Source of the DNA: a virus
IMG/VR virus record: IMGVR_UViG_3300023179_000035
Coordinates: 52,395 to 116,394 of that record
Length of the DNA: 64,000 nucleotides
Reading direction: 5' to 3' (one strand)
This document shows positions 46,779 to 56,171 of the stretch, piece by piece. Each line of letters opens with the position of its first letter. Position 1 is the first letter of the stretch. The position numbers were made by a program, and so were the translations under genes. The notes below the pieces were generated by a model. The model was not told the origin of the DNA, ran no database searches, and worked only from the letters and a program-made list of their open reading frames with translations.

Positions 46779-47738
46779 ATGAATTCAGCAAGAAACGCCT
46801 ATGAAAAAAGACTTGAAACTTTCAAACAAGTAATCACGACATGGAAATCAGAAAAAGAAATTTTCGATTTGTACGAAAGTTGTTGTACACCTCGCCAAGT
46901 CATCTCTTTGTTTCGACATCAAATTGTTGATGATTTCAATGATCTGCAGAAAAGAAACGTTTTGCTTCTGAACGATAATCGTCTAGTAAAAATGCTAAGG
47001 GACATAGTTCCATACAGTAAAGAACAACACGTTCGGCATCTCGCAATGCCGCAATGGTGGAAGATACGTTTTCGTCATCTTGATAAGTCAGAAGAAGAAG
47101 TTAAACAACTCGCTGTCGCACAGCAGCGAGAATGGGCATCAAATACTCACGCTGTTAGAAAAAAGAAAGCTCATTATAATCCTAAACAAACAACTCAACA
47201 CTGGATTGATTTGGGATTTTCACCTGCCGACGCCCAACTAAAGGCCAGAGAGTTCAAAAGATCATGTTCACCTTTCACTGTTGAGTTTTGGAAACGTAAG
47301 GGTTTCTCTGAAGAACAGGCTCAAGAAAAGGCAACAGCACTGCACGTACGAGGAGGGACAGCGACATGTGCTGCTCAGGACAAAAAGTTTGTATCTAAAC
47401 TCGAGCAAGATATTTTTGAACAACTGCAATCTAGAATTTCTCGTTCTCTTAAGCAACAGCACGCCATTAACTGGCAATTTGTTTATGACATCTGCGATCT
47501 TGAAAAGAAGAAGATCATTGAGGTTAATGGAACATATTGGCACGCAGACTCTCGTGTATATCCAAAAGACGACATGATAGTATGCAATGGTCTGACAGCA
47601 GCCGCAGTGCATGCTCGAGATATTGAGAAATCTGAATACGCCAAAAACTTTGGATATCAAGTGCTGGTAATTTGGGAAATCGATTGGCACGCCGACAAAG
47701 AATTGTCACTTCAAAAAATGATTGAGTTTCTTTCATAA
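46779..47738 (+). CDS. Free-standing homing endonuclease (Vsr/EDxHD-like) between dnaE fragments 1 and 2
   Basis: AT-rich. Repeated W...GFS.E.A units; SKLEQ...YDI...IIEVNGTYWH...RD..K...GYQVLVIWE. Confidence 0.85.
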   Translation: MNSARNAYEKRLETFKQVITTWKSEKEIFDLYESCCTPRQVISLFRHQIVDDFNDLQKRNVLLLNDNRLVKMLRDIVPYSKEQHVRHLAMPQWWKIRFRHLDKSEEEVKQLAVAQQREWASNTHAVRKKKAHYNPKQTTQHWIDLGFSPADAQLKAREFKRSCSPFTVEFWKRKGFSEEQAQEKATALHVRGGTATCAAQDKKFVSKLEQDIFEQLQSRISRSLKQQHAINWQFVYDICDLEKKKIIEVNGTYWHADSRVYPKDDMIVCNGLTAAAVHARDIEKSEYAKNFGYQVLVIWEIDWHADKELSLQKMIEFLS

Positions 47739-47745
47739 GAGAAAT

Positions 47746-50211
47746 ATGACAAACCACAAGTTCATTGACGTTATTGAAGTAGAAGATCTTGATTACACAG
47801 AAGATGTATATGATATCACCGTCGAGGACAACCATAATTTTTTTGCAAATGGCATGGTTGTTCATAACTGCGTCGGGGGATACCCCTCCGGGCTAATTTA
47901 TGGCGAGTTCGTAGACAAGAAGTTCGCCGAGCTGACGCCTGAGCTCGTCGATGACGACGCCGTCAGGAGCAGGATCCGTAATCGCCTAGAGAACATGGTC
48001 GACAGATTCGTAGACTGCGTCGGGCACGAGAACTTCTTCCTTGAGCTGCAGTTCAACAAGCTGTCTGCCCAGGACCTGACCAACAGGATGCTGATCGAGA
48101 CGTCCAGGGCGACTGGGTGCAGGTTGATCTCTACGGCAGACTCACACTACCCGGAGCCAGAGCTGTGGGAGGCTCGAGAGATCTACCGCCAGCTACAGCC
48201 GGGGCGGATGAAGATTGGCTCAGAGCCAAAGCCACTTCCAAAGAAGGAGGAGCTGAAGGCAGAGCTCTACCCCAAGAACGCCCAGCAGATGTGGGACGAG
48301 TACCTGTCTCGCAGGGAGCTGTTCCTTTGGTACCAGGGCACCGAGGACATCGTCAGGACGTCCATGGAAAATGGCCACGATGTGGCGTGGGACCTGTGCG
48401 AGGAGATCTGGTTCGACCCTTCTGCGAAGCTTCCGACGTTTAGCACCCCTGAGAAGACGGGGTTCTCCCAGCTCGTCGACCTCGTCAAAGAGGGCCTCAG
48501 GGCGGAGGGCCTAGACCAGAAGCCAGAGTACGTCGCTCGTGCCAAGATGGAGCTAGACGACATCAAGTACTTGAAGTCTGAGGACTACTTCCTGACACTC
48601 CAGAAGGTCTTTAAGCTCGCAGAGAATAGGACCCTTCCAGGCAGCGGCCGAGGCTCAGGAGCCGGGTCCCTGGTCAACTACCTCCTCGGTATCACTCACG
48701 TTGACCCGCTGAAGTACGACTTGCTGTGGGAGAGGTTCATGGGCCGCCACAGGGCTGGATTTCCGGATATCGATACTGACGTCGGCGATCGTGACAAGCT
48801 GATCGAGGCGGCTCGTGAGATCTTTGGCAATGACGCGGTGGTGCCTGTGTCCAACTTCAACACGCTGAAGCTAAAGTCGCTCGTCAAGGACGTCTCTAAG
48901 TTCTACGGCGTGCCATTCGAGGAGGTCAACGCCATGACTGGGCCGCTGGAGCGCGAGGTCGAGATGAAGTCACGCGACCCGAACATGGAGAAGTCCATGT
49001 TCGTCCTGAAGCACGAGGACTGCCTGGAGCACTCCGAGAACTACAGGAACTTCATGGCGAAGTACCCGCACGTGGAGGAGAAGATCCGGACGCTGTTCAT
49101 GATGAACAGGTCAGTCGGCCGCCACGCTGGAGGCGTCCTTATCTGCCCACAGCTGGAGCAGCACATGCCTCTCATCACTGTTCGCGGAGAGCTCCAGACC
49201 CCGTGGACAGAGGGTGTCAACATCCGAAACCTAGAGGAGAACGGATTCCTCAAGTTCGACTTCCTCGGCATCAAGCAGATGAAGATGGTGGAGGACTGCA
49301 TCGCCAGGATCCTCCGCAGAGAGCTGGGCCACGAGCCCAAGTTCGAGGACATCAAGAAGTTCTATGACGACAAGCTCAACTGCCGGTACGTCGAGCCCAG
49401 CGACGATCGCGTCTTCGAACACGTCTATCGCAACGACAGGTGGACGGGCATCTTCCAGTTCACCAGCGACGGAGCCAGGAAGTTCTGCCACGAGGTCCAG
49501 CCCTCCTCCATCGAGGACATCGGTGTCGTCACAGCCATCTACCGCCCGGGCCCCCTAAAGGCAAACGTCCACAAGAAGTACGTCGCTGCGAAGCAGGACG
49601 CCTCTAAGGCCCGGTATGACCACCCTGTCATCAAAGATGTCCTGGGCACCACGTACGGCTTCATCGCCTTCCAGGAACAGTTCATGATGCTGGCCCAGAA
49701 GCTGGCCGGCTTCTCGCCGGGCGACTCCGACAAGATGCGAAAGACGCTGGTCAAGAAGGACCTGACCAGCCTCGGTAAGAAGTCAGAAGAGAAAGAGTCC
49801 CTGGAGAAGAAGTTCGTCGAGGGCTGCGTCGAGGTCAGTGGGATGGACCGCGACAAGGCCAAGGAGCTATTCGATAAGATCTCATTCTTCTCACTCTACG
49901 GATTTAACAAAAGTTTGTACTTTCTTCAGAAGGTGAATATTATTAGAGATGGAAATGAGATGGACCTGGCGATCGAAGACGTCATGCCGGGAGACATGGT
50001 CATGACCCGCGACGAGAAGACTGGCGAAAACCTTAGGACTGCCGTCGTCGAAAAGCACGACCACGGCGTTCTCGACCTCTTTGAGATCACACTTGACACA
50101 GGAGAAAAAGTGACATGCACGTTGGACCACAAGTTCAGGACAAAATGCGGCAGGATGCTGCCCCTGAAGACGATTGTCCAGATGGACCTGGAAATCGTGA
50201 CATCAAGATGA
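47746..50211 (+). CDS. dnaE: DnaE fragment 2: 41-aa intein C-fragment, polymerase core, then 99-aa intein N-fragment (Ser1 at 49912)
   Basis: VYDITVEDNHNFFANGMVVHN|CVGG; GRGSGAGSLV, PDIDTD, HAGG, KFDFLG, GIFQF, YRPGP, FQEQ; YGFNK|SLYFLQKV...CTLDHKF. Confidence 0.92.
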   Translation: MTNHKFIDVIEVEDLDYTEDVYDITVEDNHNFFANGMVVHNCVGGYPSGLIYGEFVDKKFAELTPELVDDDAVRSRIRNRLENMVDRFVDCVGHENFFLELQFNKLSAQDLTNRMLIETSRATGCRLISTADSHYPEPELWEAREIYRQLQPGRMKIGSEPKPLPKKEELKAELYPKNAQQMWDEYLSRRELFLWYQGTEDIVRTSMENGHDVAWDLCEEIWFDPSAKLPTFSTPEKTGFSQLVDLVKEGLRAEGLDQKPEYVARAKMELDDIKYLKSEDYFLTLQKVFKLAENRTLPGSGRGSGAGSLVNYLLGITHVDPLKYDLLWERFMGRHRAGFPDIDTDVGDRDKLIEAAREIFGNDAVVPVSNFNTLKLKSLVKDVSKFYGVPFEEVNAMTGPLEREVEMKSRDPNMEKSMFVLKHEDCLEHSENYRNFMAKYPHVEEKIRTLFMMNRSVGRHAGGVLICPQLEQHMPLITVRGELQTPWTEGVNIRNLEENGFLKFDFLGIKQMKMVEDCIARILRRELGHEPKFEDIKKFYDDKLNCRYVEPSDDRVFEHVYRNDRWTGIFQFTSDGARKFCHEVQPSSIEDIGVVTAIYRPGPLKANVHKKYVAAKQDASKARYDHPVIKDVLGTTYGFIAFQEQFMMLAQKLAGFSPGDSDKMRKTLVKKDLTSLGKKSEEKESLEKKFVEGCVEVSGMDRDKAKELFDKISFFSLYGFNKSLYFLQKVNIIRDGNEMDLAIEDVMPGDMVMTRDEKTGENLRTAVVEKHDHGVLDLFEITLDTGEKVTCTLDHKFRTKCGRMLPLKTIVQMDLEIVTSR

Positions 50212-51203
50212 ATTATACGTATCGTTGCACTCGATGCGGACGTAATGTGGGGCACGTGAAAAATGGCATCTCTGTGTCTGAGCATTTGGCCCTGTGTTTC
50301 CCGCAAGGTGTAAGTGGGATCCACTACGTGCAATGCGCTCTGTGCGACTTCGTTGGGATGAAGATCACGCAGCACGTGAGGCTTGTGCACGGCGTCTCTA
50401 AGGAAGACTATCAGTCGAAGCACGGTCGCCTTATCTGCGAAAACTCCTCACGCAACTATGGGTCGACAGGTAACTACGATTGGATCAAGAGGGCCCGAGA
50501 AAGGGGCGAAGACCTGACAGAGAGATTCGCCGCCACCGGACCAGCGAAGTCCGCCGGAATCCTCGCCTCCCAGAAGGCGATCGAGGCGAGAAGAAAGAAT
50601 ATGTCTGACTTGAACAGGAGGCCTGAAAGTCGACTGCGGTCGTCAGAGGTCGCCAAAGAGACTTCAAGACGCCCTGAGATCATCGCTCGTCGAACTCATA
50701 ACCTGAGGATGTGGCGCCAACAGAACTTTGAAGACTTTTACGAGAAATGTGTGATGCCGATGATCGGCGCTCTTGAAAAGTTGAATGGTGACGTCCGCCA
50801 GACAGCGCCTGAAAAAGTTCTACAAATCCTCCTGTCGGGAATCGAAGGATACGACTTCAAATATTCTCAGTGCGTCAAGTCCAATCAATTCTCGTCTCTC
50901 TCGAAGAGAAAACAAGTCGACTTTGGGGACAAGTCTCGTCGCGTGTATGTCGAGTTCGATGGAGTTCGTCACTTCAGGGACTTCAATGGGACTCTCAAGA
51001 AAACGAGAGAGCAAGATGAGGCCCTTGACAGGCACATTATCGAACATGGGTGGACCCTGCTTAGAATAAGCTATGACCAGTTCGTTGGTAAAAAATTCTC
51101 AGAAACGTGTGTCAAGAGTTTGTTTGATATTTTGAGCGACCCAAAACCAGGTGTCTTTAGGATTGGAAAGGAATATGAGGTAAAGCGTGGCGAAGATACT
51201 TGA
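50208..51203 (+). CDS. Free-standing homing endonuclease (zinc fingers plus Vsr/EDxHD-like domain) between dnaE fragments 2 and 3
   Basis: CTRC, CALC...HVRLVH; TAPEK...VDF...VEFDGVRH...D...GWTLLRI. ATGA overlap with the upstream stop. Confidence 0.85.
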   Translation: MNYTYRCTRCGRNVGHVKNGISVSEHLALCFPQGVSGIHYVQCALCDFVGMKITQHVRLVHGVSKEDYQSKHGRLICENSSRNYGSTGNYDWIKRARERGEDLTERFAATGPAKSAGILASQKAIEARRKNMSDLNRRPESRLRSSEVAKETSRRPEIIARRTHNLRMWRQQNFEDFYEKCVMPMIGALEKLNGDVRQTAPEKVLQILLSGIEGYDFKYSQCVKSNQFSSLSKRKQVDFGDKSRRVYVEFDGVRHFRDFNGTLKKTREQDEALDRHIIEHGWTLLRISYDQFVGKKFSETCVKSLFDILSDPKPGVFRIGKEYEVKRGEDT

Positions 51204-52227
51204 TATCAAGTACGTAGGTAAACACCAGACCTACGACCTGGAGGTCGACCACCCCGACCACCAGTTCTACCTGGCCAATGGGGTGCTGACGTCCAACTCC
51301 CACGCCATCGCCTACGCAATCGACTCCTACTACGGCGCCTGGCTCATGACCCACTACGAGACAGACTGGCTGGCCACCTGCCTCCAGTCTGAGAACGACA
51401 TCGAGGGCCTGGCCGTCCTCTTCTCCGAGATCAAGGGCATGGGCTACGAGATCGCCCCGCCGGACGTCAACTACTCGTCGTCGACGTGGACCTGGTCCGA
51501 GGAGCTGCGGGCTTTCGTCCCGCCCCTGTCTTCCCTGAAGGGGGTGGGGGACTCTGCCGTGGAAGAGATCCTCGCAAATCGTCCATACAGGTCCGTGGAC
51601 GACATGCTGTGGAACGATGACGGGTCCTGGCGCCACTCAAAGTTCAACAAGAGGGCGCTGGAGGCTCTCATCAAGATGAACGCCCTCACCTCTCTGGGCC
51701 TCGTCGGCGAGGGCAAGGTCTTTGACAACTACAGGCAGGCCTACCACGTCATCGTGGAAAATAACGACGCCATCAAGAAGACCCTGAAGCGGGACCCCTT
51801 CGCTGGTAGGAAGCGGTTCTATGAGCTGGCGCAGGCCTGCAAGGACATGCCGGACTGGACCCTCGCCGAGAAGGTAGAGCACACTGTGCAGTGCTCTGGC
51901 TCGGCTAACGTCGCCACCATCGTCCGGCCAGAGCTGCTGGCCAAGCTCCGCGACAAGGGCGTCAGGTCCATCGACGACTGGGACGGCAAGGACATCTACT
52001 GGTTCCTGGCCAAGTCTGCCACACCGAAGGTGACCAAGAACGGCAAGCAGTACCTGATGCTGGAGGCGCTTGGTCCCACTGGAAAGCTGACACGTCTCAT
52101 GTGCTGGGGCTGGGACGGCAAGAGACAGCTGCAGCAGTACTGCCTGTGCCTCTCGGAGGTGGACAAGAACGACTTCGGGGCCAGCACCAACATGTGGAAG
52201 CTCCGTGAGATTGACCTAGAAAATTGA
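51187..52227 (+). CDS. dnaE: DnaE fragment 3: 37-aa intein C-fragment plus HhH/OB-fold region
   Basis: TYDLEVDHPDHQFYLANGVLTSN|SHAIAY; PPDVNYS; LKGVG; TKNGKQY. GAGG SD. Confidence 0.92.
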   Translation: MAKILDIKYVGKHQTYDLEVDHPDHQFYLANGVLTSNSHAIAYAIDSYYGAWLMTHYETDWLATCLQSENDIEGLAVLFSEIKGMGYEIAPPDVNYSSSTWTWSEELRAFVPPLSSLKGVGDSAVEEILANRPYRSVDDMLWNDDGSWRHSKFNKRALEALIKMNALTSLGLVGEGKVFDNYRQAYHVIVENNDAIKKTLKRDPFAGRKRFYELAQACKDMPDWTLAEKVEHTVQCSGSANVATIVRPELLAKLRDKGVRSIDDWDGKDIYWFLAKSATPKVTKNGKQYLMLEALGPTGKLTRLMCWGWDGKRQLQQYCLCLSEVDKNDFGASTNMWKLREIDLEN

Positions 52228-52237
52228 GGAGAAGCCG

Positions 52238-52438
52238 ATGCCGACGTACGAGTACAAGTGCCTGTGCTGTAGCGGTGAGTTCGAGGTGAGCCAGTCGATC
52301 AAGGCCGAGCCGGGAGCTAACTGCCCTAGCTGTCTCGTCTGGACGACGACCCGCCTCATCTCGAAGGGAACCACTTTCACGCTCAAGGGGGGCGGCTGGG
52401 CAGCTGACAACTACGGCCCTTCTAAGCCACCTGGCTGA
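52238..52438 (+). CDS. FmdB-like zinc-ribbon protein
   Basis: MPTYEYKC..C...CPSC...RLIS...FTLKGGGW...Y. GAGGAG SD. Confidence 0.85.
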   Translation: MPTYEYKCLCCSGEFEVSQSIKAEPGANCPSCLVWTTTRLISKGTTFTLKGGGWAADNYGPSKPPG

Positions 52439-52464
52439 CCCTAGGAATATTAGAAGGGCGCTCA

Positions 52465-52771
52465 ATGAGGTCTCTTGGACTGCTCTCCCTCCTAATTCTC
52501 GTAGGCCTAGGAGGGGGGCTGCATTACAAAGCTCATCAACCGTGGCGTGGCCTCCGTTTGGGTCACTATCTTTCCGAGCCTGGCGTCAGGGCTCCTGTGG
52601 GGATTGACGTCGCGGACGTCGACCAACCTGAGCCTGCTGCCTGCCGTCTTTGACGTGCTGTACACAGCGTCTTACGTGGCGGCCTTCGTCCTGCTAGGAG
52701 ACAGGCTGACGCCGCTGCAGGTGACGGGTTTCCTGGTGTCCCTTACGGGCGTCGCTATGATGTCGAAATAG
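52465..52771 (+). pseudogene. Small multi-pass membrane protein (SMR/EamA-like) split by a frameshift in a G6 run
   Basis: Removing one G from 52513-52518 joins MRSLGLLSLLILVGLGGG to CITKLINRGVASVW...LLGDRLTPLQVTGFLVSLTGVAMMSK. Confidence 0.55.
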
Positions 52772-52779
52772 TTAAGGGC

Positions 52780-53430
52780 ATGAAGATAAGAGTAGGCGAG
52801 CTGAGAAGGCTGGTACGAGAGGCCATGAAGCACCCGAGCGAGATGCAGGGGTTGGCTCTCTTCGTTCCTGATGACGCCATGTTTGTGCTGTACGCGCCTA
52901 GTGACCTGAAGAAAGAGCTGAGGTTCCACGCCTCCCGTAAGATAATGGCGCCAGAAAGGTCTGCCACATTCGCTTTCACCAGCTGTGTTGTGGCTGCTTT
53001 GGAGCTTGAACCCTTTGGATCAGACTCACTGAGAGTATCGCACGTTTGGTCTAGCGAGCGTGGCTACGGATCTTTCTTGTACGACGTAGCCATGAAGCTG
53101 ACCGGGAAGTCCCTCGTCCGCGGCGAGAAGACGTCTTCATCAGCGATGAATGTGTGGAACAAGTACGCTGGTCGGTCTGACGTAGTTGTCTCCGGAGATG
53201 ATGACACTTTGCAAGTCACGCCTGGCCCTGGGTTTAGGGCAGACTTTAACCTAGATGGCTTGCTGACTGCACATCAAGACTGTATGGATTTTCTCTTGAA
53301 AAGTGCAGAGGTCGCTGGCATGCTGTCTTCCGCCCTGGGAAAGGATGTCCTCACCCAGGGCGATATAGAGAATTTCTTCAAGAGGAAATGTTCCTCTCTT
53401 CTCGTGGACGCTGTCAAGACAGGTTACTGA
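52780..53430 (+). CDS. Hypothetical protein with ELRRLVRE leader and GNAT-like core
   Basis: VSHVWSSERGYGSFLYD...SSSAMNVW resembles acetyl-CoA-binding motif A. Confidence 0.5.
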   Translation: MKIRVGELRRLVREAMKHPSEMQGLALFVPDDAMFVLYAPSDLKKELRFHASRKIMAPERSATFAFTSCVVAALELEPFGSDSLRVSHVWSSERGYGSFLYDVAMKLTGKSLVRGEKTSSSAMNVWNKYAGRSDVVVSGDDDTLQVTPGPGFRADFNLDGLLTAHQDCMDFLLKSAEVAGMLSSALGKDVLTQGDIENFFKRKCSSLLVDAVKTGY

Positions 53431-54212
53431 CGCTTACTCGCGCTGCTTGCCTTCCTTGCCGACCTAGCGGCTGGATGCGGGTCCTGGCGGAGGTTGTGGA
53501 GCCTCTCTGACTCCATAGACCCGAAGACGTTTGTCACCTTGTCCGTCTTCGTGTCGAGGACGACCATGTAACCGCCCTTGCTCATTGTCAGGGGCTTTGC
53601 TACGACAGCCAGCCAGTCGAACTTTGCGCTTAAGCTCGCGTAGGAGTCAAACCACGCTGGCAACACGAAATTTGAGACAGACACTTTCGTTCCGTTCTTG
53701 GTCGTCACCTGGTAGAAGTCGTTCTCTACCGGGTCGCACGCCTCGAAGGCTACCATCTTGCTGTTACCCATGTCGGCCCATAGGTTGACGTTAGGGTCAC
53801 AGTAGGCTTCGATCACTTCGTGTGACAAGACCGCTGACACCGACAGGGCTCCGCTGAGGAGCGTCCCGTTGTTTTTTAGCACAGGGTTGACGAAGACGCG
53901 GCCCCACACCTTGCCGCCGGGCGACTCTGTGTGGTAGCCGAGGACCCCCGCCTGGTCTGGGCTGTCAAGGATTACGATGGGGTAGCCGACTGTGTCGGGC
54001 TGGTTTGTCACAATTTTCCAAGTGCCGCGGAGCCACATCGGAGCAACTTGCTGGTTGAGCTGAGTCGTAACGGCCTCTACCATGAGCTGAAAGTTAGCGT
54101 CATTCACCTGCGTTGACTTGTTGATAACGTTGATGGTGGGCACGGTGACGTCGACGACGCTGCCCTTCCTTGCAGGCATGAGCGAAGCGAGGGCGTTGAA
54201 TAGTGTTTTCAT
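53424..54212 (-). CDS. Putative zinc metallopeptidase (HExxE)
   Basis: LGYH...SHEVIEAYCDP...EACDPV...SNFVLPAWF. AGGAGG directly upstream. Confidence 0.55.
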   Translation of the reverse strand: MKTLFNALASLMPARKGSVVDVTVPTINVINKSTQVNDANFQLMVEAVTTQLNQQVAPMWLRGTWKIVTNQPDTVGYPIVILDSPDQAGVLGYHTESPGGKVWGRVFVNPVLKNNGTLLSGALSVSAVLSHEVIEAYCDPNVNLWADMGNSKMVAFEACDPVENDFYQVTTKNGTKVSVSNFVLPAWFDSYASLSAKFDWLAVVAKPLTMSKGGYMVVLDTKTDKVTNVFGSMESERLHNLRQDPHPAARSARKASSASKRQ

Positions 54213-54262
54213 GCCTCCTAAGTATTGTGTATAATTGTCGACAGCGCAGTATGTTGTTAGGC

Positions 54263-55216
54263 ATGCATCGTAGTGTCCTAATAACTGGGGTCGCTGGGTT
54301 CATTGGATCAAACCTTGCAGCTGAGTGTGCCCGCCTCGGGTGGCGTGTCACCGGTGTGGATGACCTGTCCAGCGGCGACCAAAGGTTCCTGCCCGGTGGA
54401 GTCGAGTTCGTCAGGGCTGACTTCTCTGACGGCCAAGTGCTTCGAGAGGTCGAGGGCGGCGCTTATGATACAGTCTTCCACCTAGCTGCCCAACCACGGG
54501 TCTCGCACTCTGTCGAGCGTCCATTCGACACGAATGAGACGAATGTCTCGAAGTCTCTTAGGCTGATGGAGGCCTGCCGCGGTAGGGTAGGCAGGCTCGT
54601 CTTCGCCTCAAGTTCAGCTGTGTACGGCGACTCCCCCACGCTGCCTGCCCAAGAGTCTTCCATGAAAGACCCACAGTCGCCCTACGGCCTCCAGAAGCTG
54701 GTCGTGGAAGACTACCTCAGGCTGTTCTGGCGCCTCTACCGCCTAGACTCTGCTTGCCTACGTTTCTTTAACGTCTTTGGCCCAAACCAGCGGGGCGGCT
54801 CTCCTTACTCCACAGCTGTCAGCGCTTGGCTCCACGCGATACACTCTGGGGTCTCAATGCGGTCAGACGGCGAGGGCGACCAGTCACGCGACATGGTCCA
54901 TGTCGACAACGTCGTGTCAGCCCTTGTCCTGGCGGCTGAGCACAGGGGACCTCTGATGGGTGAGGCTTTCAACGTAGGCACAGGCCACCGCGTCACAAAC
55001 AACGAGATCCTAGAGTACCTGCTGGCAGTCTTCCCCTGGGCCCAGAGCCATTCAGCGCCGAGGAGGCCTGGTGACGTGATGCACACGCAGGCTGACATTC
55101 GTAGGTCAGCGTCGGTCCTGGGCTACAGGGTCGTCAAGGAGTTCTGGCCGGGCCTGGACGACACTATCAGGTGGGCCGCCGACAACAGGGAGCTCTTCCT
55201 CGGCACGCGGCTGTAA
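54263..55216 (+). CDS. NAD-dependent nucleotide-sugar epimerase/dehydratase
   Basis: ITGVAGFIGS, HLAA, ASSSAVYG, SPYGLQK, RFFNVFGP, RDMVHV. Confidence 0.92.
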   Translation: MHRSVLITGVAGFIGSNLAAECARLGWRVTGVDDLSSGDQRFLPGGVEFVRADFSDGQVLREVEGGAYDTVFHLAAQPRVSHSVERPFDTNETNVSKSLRLMEACRGRVGRLVFASSSAVYGDSPTLPAQESSMKDPQSPYGLQKLVVEDYLRLFWRLYRLDSACLRFFNVFGPNQRGGSPYSTAVSAWLHAIHSGVSMRSDGEGDQSRDMVHVDNVVSALVLAAEHRGPLMGEAFNVGTGHRVTNNEILEYLLAVFPWAQSHSAPRRPGDVMHTQADIRRSASVLGYRVVKEFWPGLDDTIRWAADNRELFLGTRL

Positions 55217-55263
55217 CTCTAGGCAAAACAGAGTCACACGATGGTGTACGGTACGCCCAAGAC

Positions 55264-55839
55264 ATGCTAGCCAACCCAGAGTTTATCATCTTTACGGGCC
55301 CGATGTTCGCGGCCAAGACGTCTTCGCTAATCCTGTCGCTAGAGAGGTTTAAGTACCAGAAGAAGAGGATCGAGCTCTTCAAGCCGGTCATCGACGACAG
55401 GTACAACTCTGACTCTGTGGTGACACACGGAGGTGTCTCGGTTCCCGCTAGGTGTGTCACGCTTGGCACTGACATCCTGAGGTACCTGGCTGACATCAAC
55501 GAGGAGCCCCACGTCGTGGCTGTCGACGAAGCCTTCATGATCAGTGGCGTCTCCGACGTGCTCGTCTACCTGTACAAGCTAGGCTTCACCATCATTGTAT
55601 CGAGCCTCGACATGTCCGCCGCAGGCAAGCCTTTCGTCGAGATGGAGAAGATGATGCCGTGGGCCACGCAGGTCCACAAGCTGACAGCTGTCTGCACGGT
55701 CTGTGGCAGGGACGCTCACTTCACCCACAAGAAGCACGTCGGCGGTGACGAGATTGAAGTGGGCGGGTCCGAGATGTACGAGCCTAGGTGTGCCTCACAC
55801 TACCCTGTCGTCTTCGACATGAAGACTAATGGCGCCTGA
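55264..55839 (+). CDS. tdk: Thymidine kinase (type II)
   Basis: GPMFAAKT, FKP.ID.RY, VDEA, CTVC, VGG.E.YEPRC..H. Confidence 0.92.
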   Translation: MLANPEFIIFTGPMFAAKTSSLILSLERFKYQKKRIELFKPVIDDRYNSDSVVTHGGVSVPARCVTLGTDILRYLADINEEPHVVAVDEAFMISGVSDVLVYLYKLGFTIIVSSLDMSAAGKPFVEMEKMMPWATQVHKLTAVCTVCGRDAHFTHKKHVGGDEIEVGGSEMYEPRCASHYPVVFDMKTNGA

Positions 55840-55883
55840 CGCAGCCCGGCTTAGTTTGAGTCGAATACTTAATACCTAACGCC

Positions 55884-56171
55884 ATGAGAGACCACTACTC
55901 AGACCACCTCAGCCTCTTAGAGGTCTGGAACAACGACTTAAACGAGATGAAGAAGGGCAAGGCCCGCAAGGGCGGCAAGAAGCCAAAGCCAAAGATATCG
56001 GTAGACGTGCTGAGCCACGGGTCACCTGACGAGCTAAGGGTAGTCGATAAAGAGGGCAACGAGAGGTACATCGACGATATCATGGGTAACGATGTCGTCC
56101 TGTCTGACCCTTTTGGTAACAGGCAGGTAATGTCTAAAACAAGCGTCAGCAGCACGCAGAGGCTAGGCTAA
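55884..56171 (+). CDS. Hypothetical protein
   Basis: 95 aa, ATACTTA upstream, LNE followed by a basic run. Confidence 0.5.
   Translation: MRDHYSDHLSLLEVWNNDLNEMKKGKARKGGKKPKPKISVDVLSHGSPDELRVVDKEGNERYIDDIMGNDVVLSDPFGNRQVMSKTSVSSTQRLG

Noticed and set aside
46733-47745. Group I intron explanation for the dnaE and nrdJ interruptions
   Set aside because: The gaps leave no room for an intron core, and no paired R/S (GACTA/TAGTC) elements were seen, unlike in recA. The downstream halves have their own starts.
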